Source of the DNA: Desulfamplus sp.
Lineage (GTDB): Bacteria; Desulfobacterota; Desulfobacteria; Desulfobacterales; Desulfobacteraceae
Length of the DNA stretch: 64,000 nucleotides
Reading direction: 5' to 3'
NCBI GenBank assembly: GCA_015232465.1
Contig: JADFZO010000006.1
Location: 63 to 64,062 of the forward strand
Position numbers and translations under genes: made by a program. The notes under the pieces are model-generated. The model had not been told where the DNA came from. It did no database searches and was given only the letters and a program-made list of their open reading frames with translations. This document shows positions 40,918-51,925 of this stretch, piece after piece; positions within the stretch are counted from its first letter, which is position 1, and the number at the start of each line of letters is the position of its first letter.

Positions 40918-42405
40918 ATGATGAATGATCTGAAACCCAAAGAGATAGTAGAAAAACTTGATAGATACATAATTGGTCAGAAAAATGCCAAAAAGTCAGT
41001 TGCAATTGCACTTAGAAATCGTTGGAGAAGAAAGCAAGTTACTGAAGATTTGCGAGATGAGATTGCACCTAAAAATATAATACTAATTGGCTCAACTGGT
41101 GTTGGAAAAACTGAAATTGCAAGACGGCTTGCAAATCTTACAAACTCTCCATTTTACAAGGTAGAGGCATCAAAATTTACAGAGGTTGGATATGTTGGGC
41201 GAGATGTGGAGTCAATGATACGTGATCTTGTGGAGTTGACCGTTAATAATGTAAAGGCAAAGCAGCAAGATGCAGTTCAAGAAAAGGCAGCATCAATAGC
41301 TGAGGAGCGAGTTCTTGATCTTTTATTGCCAGGGTCAGATCCAAAACCAAATGGCTCTTCTGAAGAGGCATCTAACGAGCAATCATTACCTTTTACAGTT
41401 GACTCTTCTGATTTATCTGATTTTATGGAAAAGATGCTATCTTCTGATGATAGTGTTAGCAGTGGCTCTTCAAACGATGATCAAAACAAGATAGATATTG
41501 TTACTACAAAATCAGATAAAAATAGCTCATCAACCCGTGAAAAGCTCCGTAAAATGCTTAAAGTTGGAAAGTTGGATAACCGCCTTGTTGATATGGACGT
41601 TCCATCAAAAGCTATGCCAATGATTGAGATTTTTACAAATGCTGGCATGGAGGAGATGGGAATCAACATGAAAGATATGTTGGGAAGCATGATGCCAAAA
41701 AATACCAAACGCCGTAAGGTAAAGGTCTCTGAAGCTATGAAGATACTTGCACAAGAGGAGGCAGCTCACCTTGTTGACATGGAAAAGGTAACAGCAGAGG
41801 CAGTTGAGCTTGTGGAGCAGTCTGGAATCATATTTTTAGATGAGATTGATAAAATTGCAAGCAATGGCGGTGGGCACGGTCCAGAGGTCTCAAGAGAGGG
41901 GGTTCAGCGTGATCTTCTTCCAATTGTTGAGGGAAGCTCTGTTCCAACAAGATATGGCATTGTAAAGACTGATCACATTCTATTTATTGCATCTGGTGCT
42001 TTTCATGTATCAAAACCATCTGATCTTATTCCTGAACTTCAAGGTAGATTTCCGATTCGCGTGGAGCTTCACTCTTTAGGAAAAGATGAGTTTAAGAGAA
42101 TTTTAACAGAGCCGAGAAATGCCCTTATTTTGCAGTATATGGCTCTTCTTCGCACTGAAGGGGTTGAGATTGAATTTACTGATGATGCTATTGACCGCAT
42201 TGCTGCTATTGCAGTTGATGTTAATGAGAGAACAGAGAATATTGGGGCAAGACGGCTTCACACTTTGATGGAGAAACTTTTGGAAGATATTCTTTTTGAA
42301 GCTCCAGATACCAATGAGAGTAAAATTGTTGTTGACGCAGTTTTTGTTGATAAGCAGTTGATGGAGATTGTAAAAGACGAAGATTTGAGCAGATATATAT
42401 TGTAA
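40918..42405 (+). CDS. hslU: ATP-dependent protease ATPase subunit HslU
   Basis: [63 protein letters not shown]. Confidence 0.97.
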   Translation: MMNDLKPKEIVEKLDRYIIGQKNAKKSVAIALRNRWRRKQVTEDLRDEIAPKNIILIGSTGVGKTEIARRLANLTNSPFYKVEASKFTEVGYVGRDVESMIRDLVELTVNNVKAKQQDAVQEKAASIAEERVLDLLLPGSDPKPNGSSEEASNEQSLPFTVDSSDLSDFMEKMLSSDDSVSSGSSNDDQNKIDIVTTKSDKNSSSTREKLRKMLKVGKLDNRLVDMDVPSKAMPMIEIFTNAGMEEMGINMKDMLGSMMPKNTKRRKVKVSEAMKILAQEEAAHLVDMEKVTAEAVELVEQSGIIFLDEIDKIASNGGGHGPEVSREGVQRDLLPIVEGSSVPTRYGIVKTDHILFIASGAFHVSKPSDLIPELQGRFPIRVELHSLGKDEFKRILTEPRNALILQYMALLRTEGVEIEFTDDAIDRIAAIAVDVNERTENIGARRLHTLMEKLLEDILFEAPDTNESKIVVDAVFVDKQLMEIVKDEDLSRYIL

Positions 42406-42418
42406 AGGTTAAAAAATT

Positions 42419-43288
42419 ATGAATGTAGCAGATATATTAATTGAGGCTCTGCCCTATATACGCAAATTTGCAGGCAAAACCATTGTTGTAAAGTATGGCG
42501 GACATGCAATGGTTGATGAAAAGCTAAAAGAGGATTTTGCAAGCGATATTACCCTCTTAAAATATGTTGGGCTAAACCCTGTTGTTGTGCATGGAGGCGG
42601 TCCTCAAATCAACAAGGTTTTAGGGGCAATGGGCATTACTCCAAGTTTTGTTCGTGGCATGAGATACACTGACGGCGAAACAATGGACGTTGTTGAGATG
42701 GTTCTTGGCGGCAAAGTTAATAAAGAGATTGTTGCAAGAATCAACCAAAAAGGTGGAAAAACCGTTGGTCTTACTGGAAAAGATGGCAGCCTAATTATTG
42801 CTCAAAAGATGACAATATATCAGGAGAGTCAAGGGGATAACCCGCCAGAGATAATTGATCCCGGTATGGTTGGTAGAGTTTCAAAAATTAATCCAGAGAT
42901 TATCCACACCCTTACTGATAAAGGTTTTATTCCAGTAATTGCACCAGTTGGGGTTGGCGAAAATGGCGAGACTTATAACATAAATGCTGATCTTGTGGCA
43001 TCAAAGATCGCATCTGCTCTTAATGCTGAACGACTAATTCTTATGACTGATGTTGACGGGCTTCTTGATTCAAATTCAAACCTTATCTCGTCTGTAAATG
43101 AAAAATCTATAAAACGAATGGTAAAAAGCGGTGAGATAAAAGGGGGCATGATTCCTAAGATGGAGTGTGCATTGGAAGTTTTGCAAAATGGGGTCTCAAA
43201 ATCTCATATTATTAATGGCACGCGATCTCATGCACTTTTGCTTGAACTCTTTACAGATTCTGGTATTGGAACTCAGGTTACTTTATAA
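42419..43288 (+). CDS. argB: Acetylglutamate kinase
   Basis: [44 protein letters not shown]. Confidence 0.97.
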   Translation: MNVADILIEALPYIRKFAGKTIVVKYGGHAMVDEKLKEDFASDITLLKYVGLNPVVVHGGGPQINKVLGAMGITPSFVRGMRYTDGETMDVVEMVLGGKVNKEIVARINQKGGKTVGLTGKDGSLIIAQKMTIYQESQGDNPPEIIDPGMVGRVSKINPEIIHTLTDKGFIPVIAPVGVGENGETYNINADLVASKIASALNAERLILMTDVDGLLDSNSNLISSVNEKSIKRMVKSGEIKGGMIPKMECALEVLQNGVSKSHIINGTRSHALLLELFTDSGIGTQVTL

Positions 43289-43305
43289 AACTTAGGAAAT
43301 ATTTC

Positions 43306-44481
43306 ATGAACACAATAGAAAAGACAGACAAGTATGTTTTTAACACCTACGGTCGAATTAAAAAGGTGTTTGTTAAGGGAGAAGGATCAACACTTTGGGA
43401 TCAAGATGGCAAAAAATATACAGATTTTCTTGCTGGTATTGCTGTCTGCTCTCTTGGGCACTCTCACCCTGCAGTAACTGAGACAATTAGCCGCCAAGCA
43501 GCAACTTTGGTGCATGTCTCAAATCTATACTACACAGAGCCTCAAGCAGAGCTTGCAAAGATGCTTGTTGAAAAGAGCTTTGCAGATAGAGCCTTTTTTG
43601 CAAATTCTGGAGCTGAGGCAAACGAGGCAGCAATAAAACTTGCAAGACGCTACTTTAATCAAAAAGAGGGCAACAGACGATATAAAATAATCTCCATGAA
43701 GCAATCTTTTCATGGCAGAACAATGGCAACTCTTACTGCTACTGGTCAAGATAAAATCAAACATGGTTTTGAGCCATTAGTTGATGGATTTATCCACATT
43801 CCATTTAATGATATTAATGCTCTTAAAGAGGCTCTTCTTGATGATACTGTCTGTGCTGTGATGATGGAGCCAGTTCAAGGTGAGGGGGGAGTTGTTGCGG
43901 CTGATCCTAAATATTTAAACTCTGTTCGAGAGATTTGCGATAAAGAGGGGATTTTACTCATATTTGATGAGGTTCAAACTGGTATGGGGCGTTGCGGTCA
44001 TCTTTTTGCACATGAGATTTATGATGTTAAGCCAGATATTATGACTCTTGCAAAGGCTCTTGCCAATGGACTTCCTATGGGTGCTATGGTTGCAACCCAA
44101 AAGGCAGCACAAGGCTTTGCTGTTGGAAGCCATGCTACAACATTTGGCGGAACTCCGCTTGTGGCTTCAGTTGCGATTACTGTGCTATCTATAATTTCTC
44201 AACCTAAATTTTTGCAAGATTGCCGCGAAAATGGGGAGTATTTTAGAGAAAAACTAAACTCACTAAAGCATAACCACCCTGTAATTAAAGATGTCAGAGG
44301 TAAGGGGCTTCTTGTTGGTATGGAGCTTGATATTGAAGCTGGTCCAATTGTGGAGAAGTGCTTAGAAAAGGGTTTTATTATAAATGCCATACAGGGCAAC
44401 ACTTTACGCTTTGCTCCACCTCTTATCATAACTAAACAGGAGATTGATTCATTAATTGAGGTGTTAAATGGTATTTTGTAA
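43306..44481 (+). CDS. argD: Acetylornithine aminotransferase
   Basis: NSGAEANEAA, SFHGRT, EPVQGEGG, DEVQTG, LAKAL, HATTFGG. Confidence 0.95.
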   Translation: MNTIEKTDKYVFNTYGRIKKVFVKGEGSTLWDQDGKKYTDFLAGIAVCSLGHSHPAVTETISRQAATLVHVSNLYYTEPQAELAKMLVEKSFADRAFFANSGAEANEAAIKLARRYFNQKEGNRRYKIISMKQSFHGRTMATLTATGQDKIKHGFEPLVDGFIHIPFNDINALKEALLDDTVCAVMMEPVQGEGGVVAADPKYLNSVREICDKEGILLIFDEVQTGMGRCGHLFAHEIYDVKPDIMTLAKALANGLPMGAMVATQKAAQGFAVGSHATTFGGTPLVASVAITVLSIISQPKFLQDCRENGEYFREKLNSLKHNHPVIKDVRGKGLLVGMELDIEAGPIVEKCLEKGFIINAIQGNTLRFAPPLIITKQEIDSLIEVLNGIL

Positions 44482-44508
44482 AGGGTAATTTTTTAAGGAG
44501 ATAGAATT

Positions 44509-45456
44509 TTGAAAAAAGATATATTATCGCTGCTTGATTTAGAGGTTGCTGATTTTCAATACCTGTTTTTAAGAGCTATTCAGCTAAAAAAACGGTTTAA
44601 TCAAGGCATTTCAGACAGACCACTTATTGGAAAAAGTGTTGGGCTGATTTTTGATAAAAAATCAACAAGAACAAGAATCTCTTTTGAGACAGCTATGATT
44701 CAGCTTGGTGGAACTCCAATTTATATGAGTGCTCAAGATACTCAAATATCAAGAAGTGAGCCTCCTCAAGATACAGCAAGAGCTTTATCTCGCTATCTTG
44801 ACGCTCTTGTGATAAGAACATTTGACCACAGCATGGTTGAGACATTTGCCAAACATGCAACCATTCCAGTTATAAATGCTCTTACTGACTCTTTTCACCC
44901 ATGCCAGATTTTAAGCGATATTATGACAATAATTGAGGTTAAGGGTGGTTATGAGGGCAAAAAGATTGTATGGATTGGAGATGGTAATAATGTTGCAAAC
45001 TCTTGGGTCAATGCTGCTGCAATGCTTGATTTAGAGCTTGTTATTGCAACCCCTAAAGGGTATGAGGTCCCTGAGCGTGTAAAAAAGAGTTCTGCTAAAA
45101 GGCGTAGTAAAACAGCCCTTGCAAACACTCCATCAAAAACTACATTTACAAACGATCCTCTTGAGGCGATAAAAGATGCTGATGTTGTCTATACTGATGT
45201 GTGGGCAAGCATGGGTCAAGAGAGTGAGCAGATTAAAAGAGAGGCTGATTTTAAGGGGTTTGAGGTCAACAAAGAGCTTTTATCTTACGCAAAATCTGAT
45301 GTAATTGTGATGCACTGCCTGCCAGCCCACAGAGGCGAAGAAATCTCTGAAGATGTGCTTGAAGGCTCGCACTCTGTTGTTTGGGATCAGGCTGAAAATA
45401 AACGGCACATGCACAAAGCAATACTTGAGACCTTGATTTTAAAAACAAATATTTGA
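44509..45456 (+). CDS. argF: Ornithine carbamoyltransferase
   Basis: STRTRISFE, HPCQ, DGNNV, YTDVWASMG, MHCLPAHRG, QAENK. Confidence 0.97.
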   Translation: MKKDILSLLDLEVADFQYLFLRAIQLKKRFNQGISDRPLIGKSVGLIFDKKSTRTRISFETAMIQLGGTPIYMSAQDTQISRSEPPQDTARALSRYLDALVIRTFDHSMVETFAKHATIPVINALTDSFHPCQILSDIMTIIEVKGGYEGKKIVWIGDGNNVANSWVNAAAMLDLELVIATPKGYEVPERVKKSSAKRRSKTALANTPSKTTFTNDPLEAIKDADVVYTDVWASMGQESEQIKREADFKGFEVNKELLSYAKSDVIVMHCLPAHRGEEISEDVLEGSHSVVWDQAENKRHMHKAILETLILKTNI

Positions 45457-45524
45457 TAACAAATATTTACTATCCTAATTCATAAATTTTTATAAATTCT
45501 TTAATAAACGGAGAGATAAAAAAA

Positions 45525-46736
45525 TTGTCTGATATAAAAAAAGTGGTTCTTGCCTATTCAGGTGGATTGGATACATCTGTGATATTAAAATGGCTTATTG
45601 AGACCTACAAATGTGAAGTTATAACCTTGACAGCAGATTTAGGTCAGGAGGAGGAGCTTGATGGTCTTGAGGCAAAAGCTCTTAAAACAGGTGCAATCAA
45701 GGCTTATGTTGAAGATTTAAGAGAGGAGTTTGTAAGAGATTTTGTCTTTCCAGCATTTAGGGCAAATGCAATATATGAAGGGCAGTATCTTTTAGGAACT
45801 TCGATTGCAAGACCTTTAATTGCAAAGCGTCAAATTGAGATTGCAGCAATGGAGGGGGCTGATGCTGTAAGTCATGGTGCAACTGGTAAGGGTAACGATC
45901 AGGTAAGATTTGAGCTAACCTACTTTGCCTTGCAGCCAAACATCAGAATTATTGCCCCATGGAGAGAGTGGGATTTAACATCAAGAACAAAACTTATAGA
46001 TTTTGCAGCAGCTCACGGCATTCCAGTTCCACAAACTAAGGCAAAACCATACAGCACTGATCGAAATATGCTCCACATAAGTTATGAGGGCGGAGTGCTT
46101 GAAAATCCTTGGTCCCCAGCAACTGATGATATGTACACAATGTCAATAAGACCAGAAGATGCACCAGACACGCCTGAAATCATTGATATAACATTTAAAC
46201 AGGGAAATCCTGTTGCAGTAAATGGTCAAGAGATGTCTCCAGCTACAATTTTAAAGCATCTAAATACCCTTGGCGGCAGAAATGGTATTGGCAGAATCGA
46301 TCTTGTTGAGAACCGATTTGTTGGCATGAAATCAAGAGGAGTTTATGAGACGCCTGGCGGCACTATTTTAAGAGTTGCCCACATGAATATGGAGTCAATC
46401 ACCCTTGATAGAGAGGTTGCGCATCTTCGTGATTCATTGATTCCAAAATATTCAGAGCTTATCTACAATGGATTTTGGTTCTCTCCTGAAATGGAGCTTT
46501 TGCAAAAGATGGTTGATGAAACTCAAGTTAATGTATCTGGTCGTGTTCGCCTAAAGCTCTACAAAGGCGGGTGCTATGTTCTTGGCAGGGAGTCTGAGGC
46601 AAGTTTGTATGATGAATCGTTCGCAACTTTTGAAGATGATAATGTTTACACTCAAAAAGATGCTGAAGGGTTTATTAGGCTCAATGCACTTAGGTTAAGA
46701 ATCAGAAAACTTGCAAAAGACAGAAAAAGGGGTTAA
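45525..46736 (+). CDS. argG: Argininosuccinate synthase
   Basis: [41 protein letters not shown]. Confidence 0.98.
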   Translation: MSDIKKVVLAYSGGLDTSVILKWLIETYKCEVITLTADLGQEEELDGLEAKALKTGAIKAYVEDLREEFVRDFVFPAFRANAIYEGQYLLGTSIARPLIAKRQIEIAAMEGADAVSHGATGKGNDQVRFELTYFALQPNIRIIAPWREWDLTSRTKLIDFAAAHGIPVPQTKAKPYSTDRNMLHISYEGGVLENPWSPATDDMYTMSIRPEDAPDTPEIIDITFKQGNPVAVNGQEMSPATILKHLNTLGGRNGIGRIDLVENRFVGMKSRGVYETPGGTILRVAHMNMESITLDREVAHLRDSLIPKYSELIYNGFWFSPEMELLQKMVDETQVNVSGRVRLKLYKGGCYVLGRESEASLYDESFATFEDDNVYTQKDAEGFIRLNALRLRIRKLAKDRKRG

Positions 46737-46752
46737 GCGGGGCTATTTGAAC

Positions 46753-48153
46753 ATGGGACAAAAACCTTGGGACGGCAGATTTTCTCAAAGCACTGATAAG
46801 ATGGTTGAGAGGTTCACATCATCAATTGATATTGATAAGGTGCTTTATAATTGCGATATTGATGGCAGTATTGCCCATTTAAAGATGATGGCAAACCAGT
46901 CAATTATCACTCAAAATGAGGCAGATACCCTATTAAAAGGGCTTGAGCAAGTTAGAAAAAAAATTGAGAGCAAAGATTTTGAATATTCAGATGCTCTTGA
47001 AGATATTCACATGCACATTGAAAAAGCTCTTGGAGACGAGGTTGGGGAGGTTGCAAAAAAACTTCACACTGGAAGAAGCAGAAATGATCAGGTAGCCTTA
47101 GATGTTAGAATATATCTAAAAAGAGAGACAGAGGCTATTATGAATGCCCTTTTTTCTCTTCAAAGAGTGCTTGTTCAAACAGCACAAAAATATATTGATG
47201 TTGTGATGCCTGGTTATACTCACCTTCAGCGTGCCCAGCCCGTCCTTTTTTCTCACCATCTTATGGCATATTATGAGATGTTTAAGCGTGATTGCGAAAG
47301 ATTTGAAGACTCCATAAAACGCACTGATGTTATGCCACTTGGCTCTGCTGCTCTTGCTGGTACCACCTATCCACTTGATCGTGAACTGACACGAAAACTG
47401 CTTGGATTTTCTAAGGTATCTGATAACAGCATGGATTCTGTATCAGATAGAGATTTTGTTATGGAGTTTATATCTTGTGCCTCAATCGCTATGATTCACT
47501 TTTCAAGATTATCTGAAGAGTTGGTTCTTTGGTCATCTTCAGAATTTGCCTTTATTACAATATCAGATGCCTTTACTACAGGCTCAAGCATCATGCCGCA
47601 AAAGAAAAATCCTGATGTTGCAGAGCTTGTGCGTGGAAAAACTGGAAGAGTTGTTGGTAACCTTATGGCTATTTTGACAATTATGAAGTCATTGCCACTT
47701 GCCTACAATCGAGATATGCAAGAGGATAAAGAGCCTCTTTTTGATACTGTCAATACCTTAAAAGCCTGCATTGATATATATTCTAAAATGATACCTAATA
47801 TTGAGATTAACCAAAATAATATGCTTAATGCAGCTCAAAAGGGTTATTTAAACGCAACTGATCTTGCAGATTACCTTGTGGTAAAGGGATTACCATTTCG
47901 TGAGGCACACTCAGTATCAGGAAGAGCTGTTGCATTTGCTATTTCTGGCGGAGCTGAAGGTGGGCAATCTAAAGAGCTGCATGAACTATCGATTGATGAG
48001 CTAAAGCAATTTTCTGATCTTATTGATGGTGATATTTTTGATTTTATCTCTATTGAAAAGATGCTCTCCCGCCGAGTTACCCATGGCAGCACAAGCTATG
48101 CTAATGTTCAAAAAGCAGTTGAAGTGGCATCAAAAAGGTTAAATTTAAAATGA
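46753..48153 (+). CDS. argH: Argininosuccinate lyase
   Basis: WDGRF, EDIH, HTGRSRNDQ, MPGYTHLQRAQP, GSSIMPQKKNPD. Confidence 0.97.
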   Translation: MGQKPWDGRFSQSTDKMVERFTSSIDIDKVLYNCDIDGSIAHLKMMANQSIITQNEADTLLKGLEQVRKKIESKDFEYSDALEDIHMHIEKALGDEVGEVAKKLHTGRSRNDQVALDVRIYLKRETEAIMNALFSLQRVLVQTAQKYIDVVMPGYTHLQRAQPVLFSHHLMAYYEMFKRDCERFEDSIKRTDVMPLGSAALAGTTYPLDRELTRKLLGFSKVSDNSMDSVSDRDFVMEFISCASIAMIHFSRLSEELVLWSSSEFAFITISDAFTTGSSIMPQKKNPDVAELVRGKTGRVVGNLMAILTIMKSLPLAYNRDMQEDKEPLFDTVNTLKACIDIYSKMIPNIEINQNNMLNAAQKGYLNATDLADYLVVKGLPFREAHSVSGRAVAFAISGGAEGGQSKELHELSIDELKQFSDLIDGDIFDFISIEKMLSRRVTHGSTSYANVQKAVEVASKRLNLK

Positions 48154-48311
48154 GATATACTGTTTGCACAATATTGATTTTGTCTCTATCTATTTTACCA
48201 TTAATTGGATTTGGGTGCGGTAAAAAGGGTGATCCTACTCCAGCTTTTTCTTCAGCTTTTTCTCCGACTTTTTCAAATCTGACAACCATATCTAAATCAA
48301 ATCTGAACTAA
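48150..48311 (+). CDS. Small lipoprotein, LptM/YifL (LppL)-like; not in ORF track
   Basis: MRYTVCTILILSLSILPLIGFGCGKKGDPTPAFSS... (53 aa); ATGA overlap with argH stop; lipobox followed by CGKKGDP; ends 1 bp before folK. Confidence 0.8.
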   Translation: MRYTVCTILILSLSILPLIGFGCGKKGDPTPAFSSAFSPTFSNLTTISKSNLN

Positions 48312-48312
48312 C

Positions 48313-48816
48313 ATGAAATCAAAACATACTGTATTTATCTCAATTGGCTCAAACATGGGTGATAAATATGCCAATTGCATCAGAGGAATAGAGCATATCA
48401 ACCAACTTCATGGAACCAAGGTTGTTGATATTGCACATTTTTATAAAACCTCTCCTGTTGATTACAAAGAGCAAGAGTGGTTTATCAACAGTGCATTAAA
48501 GATTGAGACTGAGCTTGAGCCAGACAATTTGATGGTAACTCTTAAAAATATTGAAGAGAAAATAGGTCAATACGAGAAAAGTGTCAGATTTGGACCAAGG
48601 ATCATTGATCTTGATATTATTTTTTATGATGCTATGCTCATAAATAGAGATAACTTGACAATTCCACACCCTCGAATGGATAAAAGATGCTTTGTATTAA
48701 AGCCCCTTTGTGATATAGCACCAAATTTGATTCACCCTATATTGGGTCATAGTGTAAAGGAGCTTCTAAAAGTTGTTGAAAATGATAAAGAACAGCAAAT
48801 ATTATTTTTTAAATAA
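48313..48816 (+). CDS. folK: 2-amino-4-hydroxy-6-hydroxymethyldihydropteridine diphosphokinase
   Basis: SIGSNMGD, QEWFINS, RFGPRIIDLDI, IPHPRM..RCFVL.PL. Confidence 0.95.
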   Translation: MKSKHTVFISIGSNMGDKYANCIRGIEHINQLHGTKVVDIAHFYKTSPVDYKEQEWFINSALKIETELEPDNLMVTLKNIEEKIGQYEKSVRFGPRIIDLDIIFYDAMLINRDNLTIPHPRMDKRCFVLKPLCDIAPNLIHPILGHSVKELLKVVENDKEQQILFFK

Positions 48817-48857
48817 TCAGCAGATTTAATAAACTATTTTTGTAAATGGAGGATAGA

Positions 48858-49505
48858 TTGAAATTTTTTATAGATACAGCCAATATCAGTGAGATAAAAG
48901 ATGCAAATAGTATGGGTATGGTTGATGGTGTAACAACCAATCCATCTCTTATTGCTAAAGAAAAAGGCGAGTTCAAAGATATAATAAAGGAGATTTGCTC
49001 AATTGTTGATGGACCAGTTAGTGCTGAAGTTATAAGCCTTGATTACAACGGCATGGTTACAGAGGCTCGTGAACTTGCAAAGATCAACGACAATATTGTG
49101 ATCAAAATTCCAATGACTATTGAGGGGCTAAAGGCTGTAAGAACCCTCTCTAACGAAAATATCAAGACCAATGTAACCTTAATTTTTTCAGCACTTCAAG
49201 CTCTTATGGCTGCAAAAGCAGGTGCAACCTATGCAAGCCCTTTTGTTGGCAGACTTGATGATCTTGCTGAAGATGGTATGAGTCTGATTGGCGAAATTGT
49301 CGATATATATTCAAATTATGGATATACAACTGAAATTATTGTAGCAAGCGTTAGAAATCCGCTTCATGTTCTAAATGCCGCTCTTCTTGGAGCTGATATT
49401 GCAACCATACCATATAAGGTGTTAAACTCTCTTGCATCTCACCACATGACAGATAAAGGCATTGCTGCATTTATGGCTGATTGGAACAAGAAAAACCAAA
49501 AATAA
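48858..49505 (+). CDS. Transaldolase / fructose-6-phosphate aldolase (short type)
   Basis: [48 protein letters not shown]; TTG at 48858 after GGAGG. Confidence 0.93.
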   Translation: MKFFIDTANISEIKDANSMGMVDGVTTNPSLIAKEKGEFKDIIKEICSIVDGPVSAEVISLDYNGMVTEARELAKINDNIVIKIPMTIEGLKAVRTLSNENIKTNVTLIFSALQALMAAKAGATYASPFVGRLDDLAEDGMSLIGEIVDIYSNYGYTTEIIVASVRNPLHVLNAALLGADIATIPYKVLNSLASHHMTDKGIAAFMADWNKKNQK

Positions 49506-49603
49506 CAATTCAGTATTGTTTGACACTTCACAATAAACTCAAAATAAAAGCCAGGATACTCCAACAAATGTTAAATAAAATAGATTTGCTACTTGAAAAG
49601 GCA

Positions 49604-50161
49604 ATGAAAAGAGTTAAAAAAATATTTTTTAATCCTAATTGTATGACACTTTCAAGAATTGCATCAGTACCTATTTTAGTAATACTTATGATGTATCCTG
49701 GAAAATTGACTCTCTTTATGGCAGCAATAGTCTTTTCAATTGCATCAATTACTGACTATTTTGATGGCTATTTTGCAAGAAAATATGGGCTTGTCTCAAA
49801 TTTAGGTAAAATACTTGATCCACTTGCAGATAAACTACTTGTATCATCTGCCTTTATAATGCTGGTTTCGCTCAATTTTGTCCCTGCATGGATTGCCTGC
49901 ATGATTATAGGCAGAGAGCTTGCTGTTACTGGTTTGCGATGCGTTATTGTTGAGTATGGGCAAGATGTATCAGCCTCTTGGCTTGGTAAATACAAAACTG
50001 GTTTTCAGATTGCATCAATTATTCCGCTTCTTATACACTATCCATATTTTGGGATTAATTTTGACGCAATTGGATATGTGCTATTATATGGGGCGCTTCT
50101 CTTTACACTTTGGTCTGGAATTGATTATTTTATTAAGTTTAGGAAAATTATTTCACTTTAA
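49604..50161 (+). CDS. pgsA: CDP-diacylglycerol-glycerol-3-phosphate 3-phosphatidyltransferase
   Basis: NPNCMTLSRI, TDYFDGYFAR, LGKILDPLADK, RELAVTGLR, GKYKT; start uncertain. Confidence 0.93.
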   Translation: MKRVKKIFFNPNCMTLSRIASVPILVILMMYPGKLTLFMAAIVFSIASITDYFDGYFARKYGLVSNLGKILDPLADKLLVSSAFIMLVSLNFVPAWIACMIIGRELAVTGLRCVIVEYGQDVSASWLGKYKTGFQIASIIPLLIHYPYFGINFDAIGYVLLYGALLFTLWSGIDYFIKFRKIISL

Positions 50162-50216
50162 AATTAGTAATTTTTTGTAAGATTTCTTTTTTTCAATTCA
50201 TTTAATATAAAAGCCC

Positions 50217-50825
50217 ATGAAAATCCTATCTGTATCTGATGTTGTTGCTCCCGCACTCTACAAAGAGTTTGATAAAGAGCTGTTTAGCAATATTGATCTT
50301 GTTCTTAGCTGCGGCGATCTTCCCCCTGAATACCTCTCGTTTATTTTGCACGCTCTTAATGTTCCCCTATTTTATGTGCGAGGCAACCATGACATCAGAT
50401 ACAACAACAAGCCTCCAATGGGCTGCACAGATATTCACAGCAGAATTGTTAAATTTAACAATATCAAAATAATGGGGCTTGGCGGTTCAAGATGGTATAA
50501 TGGTGGTGAAAATCAATACACAGAGGAGCAGATGAAAAAAATAGTCAGCAGAATGAAACTCTCTATATGGCTAAATAAAGGTGTAGATATTGTAATTAGC
50601 CACGCATCTCCTCGATATATACATGATGCTGAAGATCGCTGCCACAGGGGCTTTAAGGTATTTCATAAGGTTATTGACAAGTATAAGCCCGCCTATTTTA
50701 TTCACGGACATATCCATAAGAACTTCAACTCTCCAGATGATCGTATAACCACCATCAATACAACAAAGGTGATAAATACCTATGGCTACAACATCATCGA
50801 AATCAATGATGGCAAAGCTGCTTGA
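50217..50825 (+). CDS. Calcineurin-like metallophosphoesterase
   Basis: ILSVSD, SCGDL, VRGNHD, ISHASP, IHGHIH. Confidence 0.9.
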   Translation: MKILSVSDVVAPALYKEFDKELFSNIDLVLSCGDLPPEYLSFILHALNVPLFYVRGNHDIRYNNKPPMGCTDIHSRIVKFNNIKIMGLGGSRWYNGGENQYTEEQMKKIVSRMKLSIWLNKGVDIVISHASPRYIHDAEDRCHRGFKVFHKVIDKYKPAYFIHGHIHKNFNSPDDRITTINTTKVINTYGYNIIEINDGKAA

Positions 50826-51903
50826 TTTTTTTGTCAGCACCAACAAAGACAACACAGAGATAAGAGATTGCACAGATATAAAAAACATCGCATCTTTTGA
50901 GAATACCCAACAAAAAGAGCGAGCTTTTGATAGTCGAGAGCGTGGTGTCCAGACCGTAAAGTTGAGCCAAATATCTGGTAGTGTTGGCAGGTATCAAGAC
51001 TTTGACGAGCAGTTTCGTTTTAAAAGCGGAGCACCCTCAGAGCGATTTACATCTATTCTTGAGGCAATGCGATGCGGGGTTGCTCTTCCTCCTGTTAAGC
51101 TCTATCAGATTAAAGATGAGTATTATGTGCTTGATGGTAACCACAGGGTTGCTGCTGCAAAAAAACTTCACCATGACGAAATACTTGCAACAATAATTGA
51201 GTTTATCCCATCAAGTGAGACTCTTGATAATGTGCTTTATAAGGAGATGGTCGATTTTTGCGACAAAACAGGACTTCCAAGGAGCATAAAACTTACTGAG
51301 GTTGGGCAATATCAAAACCTTTTAGAGCAGATAGATGAACATTTTGCCTATCTTAAAGATAACATAGGGGCTGCAACTTTTGCAGCAGCAGCAAGAGATT
51401 GGTATAAGACAATCTATCAACCTTTTTGTTCAATTATCAAGCGGGGCAATATTGCAACCACATTTCCAGATAGAACAATTGCTGATCTCTATGTCTATAT
51501 CTCTGTTGGACACTGGAAACGCAAACGCCCTGCACAGTATGGAATTGGTCTTGGAAAAATGATACCAGAGACAATGGAGCAGTTTAGAGATGAGATGAGA
51601 GAGCTTAACGAGGTTGAGTATCCAGAGATGAAACAGGGAATAACAGCATTTGTGCTTATGACGGTACGTGCTAAAAATGAGTATAAAATAATTGAAAAGC
51701 TCTTTGAGCTTGATGAGATTGTTGAGATTCATGCTGTGCATGGAGATGCTGATCTGCTTATAAAAGTTAAGCTCTCACGCGATCTTTTAAGCTCTGATGC
51801 TGAGGTTATCTCAAATTTTGTCCATGAAAAGATGCGTCAACTAAATGGAGTTATAAGTAGCAAAACCCTTATCCCCGGTCTTTCACGAATTAAGCCAATA
51901 TGA
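50806..51903 (+). CDS. ParB/Srx-like domain + helical (DUF4032-like) domain + Lrp/AsnC ligand-binding domain fusion
   Basis: ISGSVGRYQDFD, LPPVKLYQIKDEYYVLDGNHRVAAA; IDEH...AARDWY...FPDRTIADLYVYI; AFVLMTV...EIHAVHGDADLLIKV...GVISSKTLI. Confidence 0.8.
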   Translation: MMAKLLDFFVSTNKDNTEIRDCTDIKNIASFENTQQKERAFDSRERGVQTVKLSQISGSVGRYQDFDEQFRFKSGAPSERFTSILEAMRCGVALPPVKLYQIKDEYYVLDGNHRVAAAKKLHHDEILATIIEFIPSSETLDNVLYKEMVDFCDKTGLPRSIKLTEVGQYQNLLEQIDEHFAYLKDNIGAATFAAAARDWYKTIYQPFCSIIKRGNIATTFPDRTIADLYVYISVGHWKRKRPAQYGIGLGKMIPETMEQFRDEMRELNEVEYPEMKQGITAFVLMTVRAKNEYKIIEKLFELDEIVEIHAVHGDADLLIKVKLSRDLLSSDAEVISNFVHEKMRQLNGVISSKTLIPGLSRIKPI

Positions 51904-51925
51904 GTTTAGACTTTATAAATCAAAC

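Noticed and set aside
50806-51903. Chromosome partition protein ParB or a classical Lrp transcription factor
   Set aside because: No parA nearby, no recognisable HTH, and the domain order fits neither
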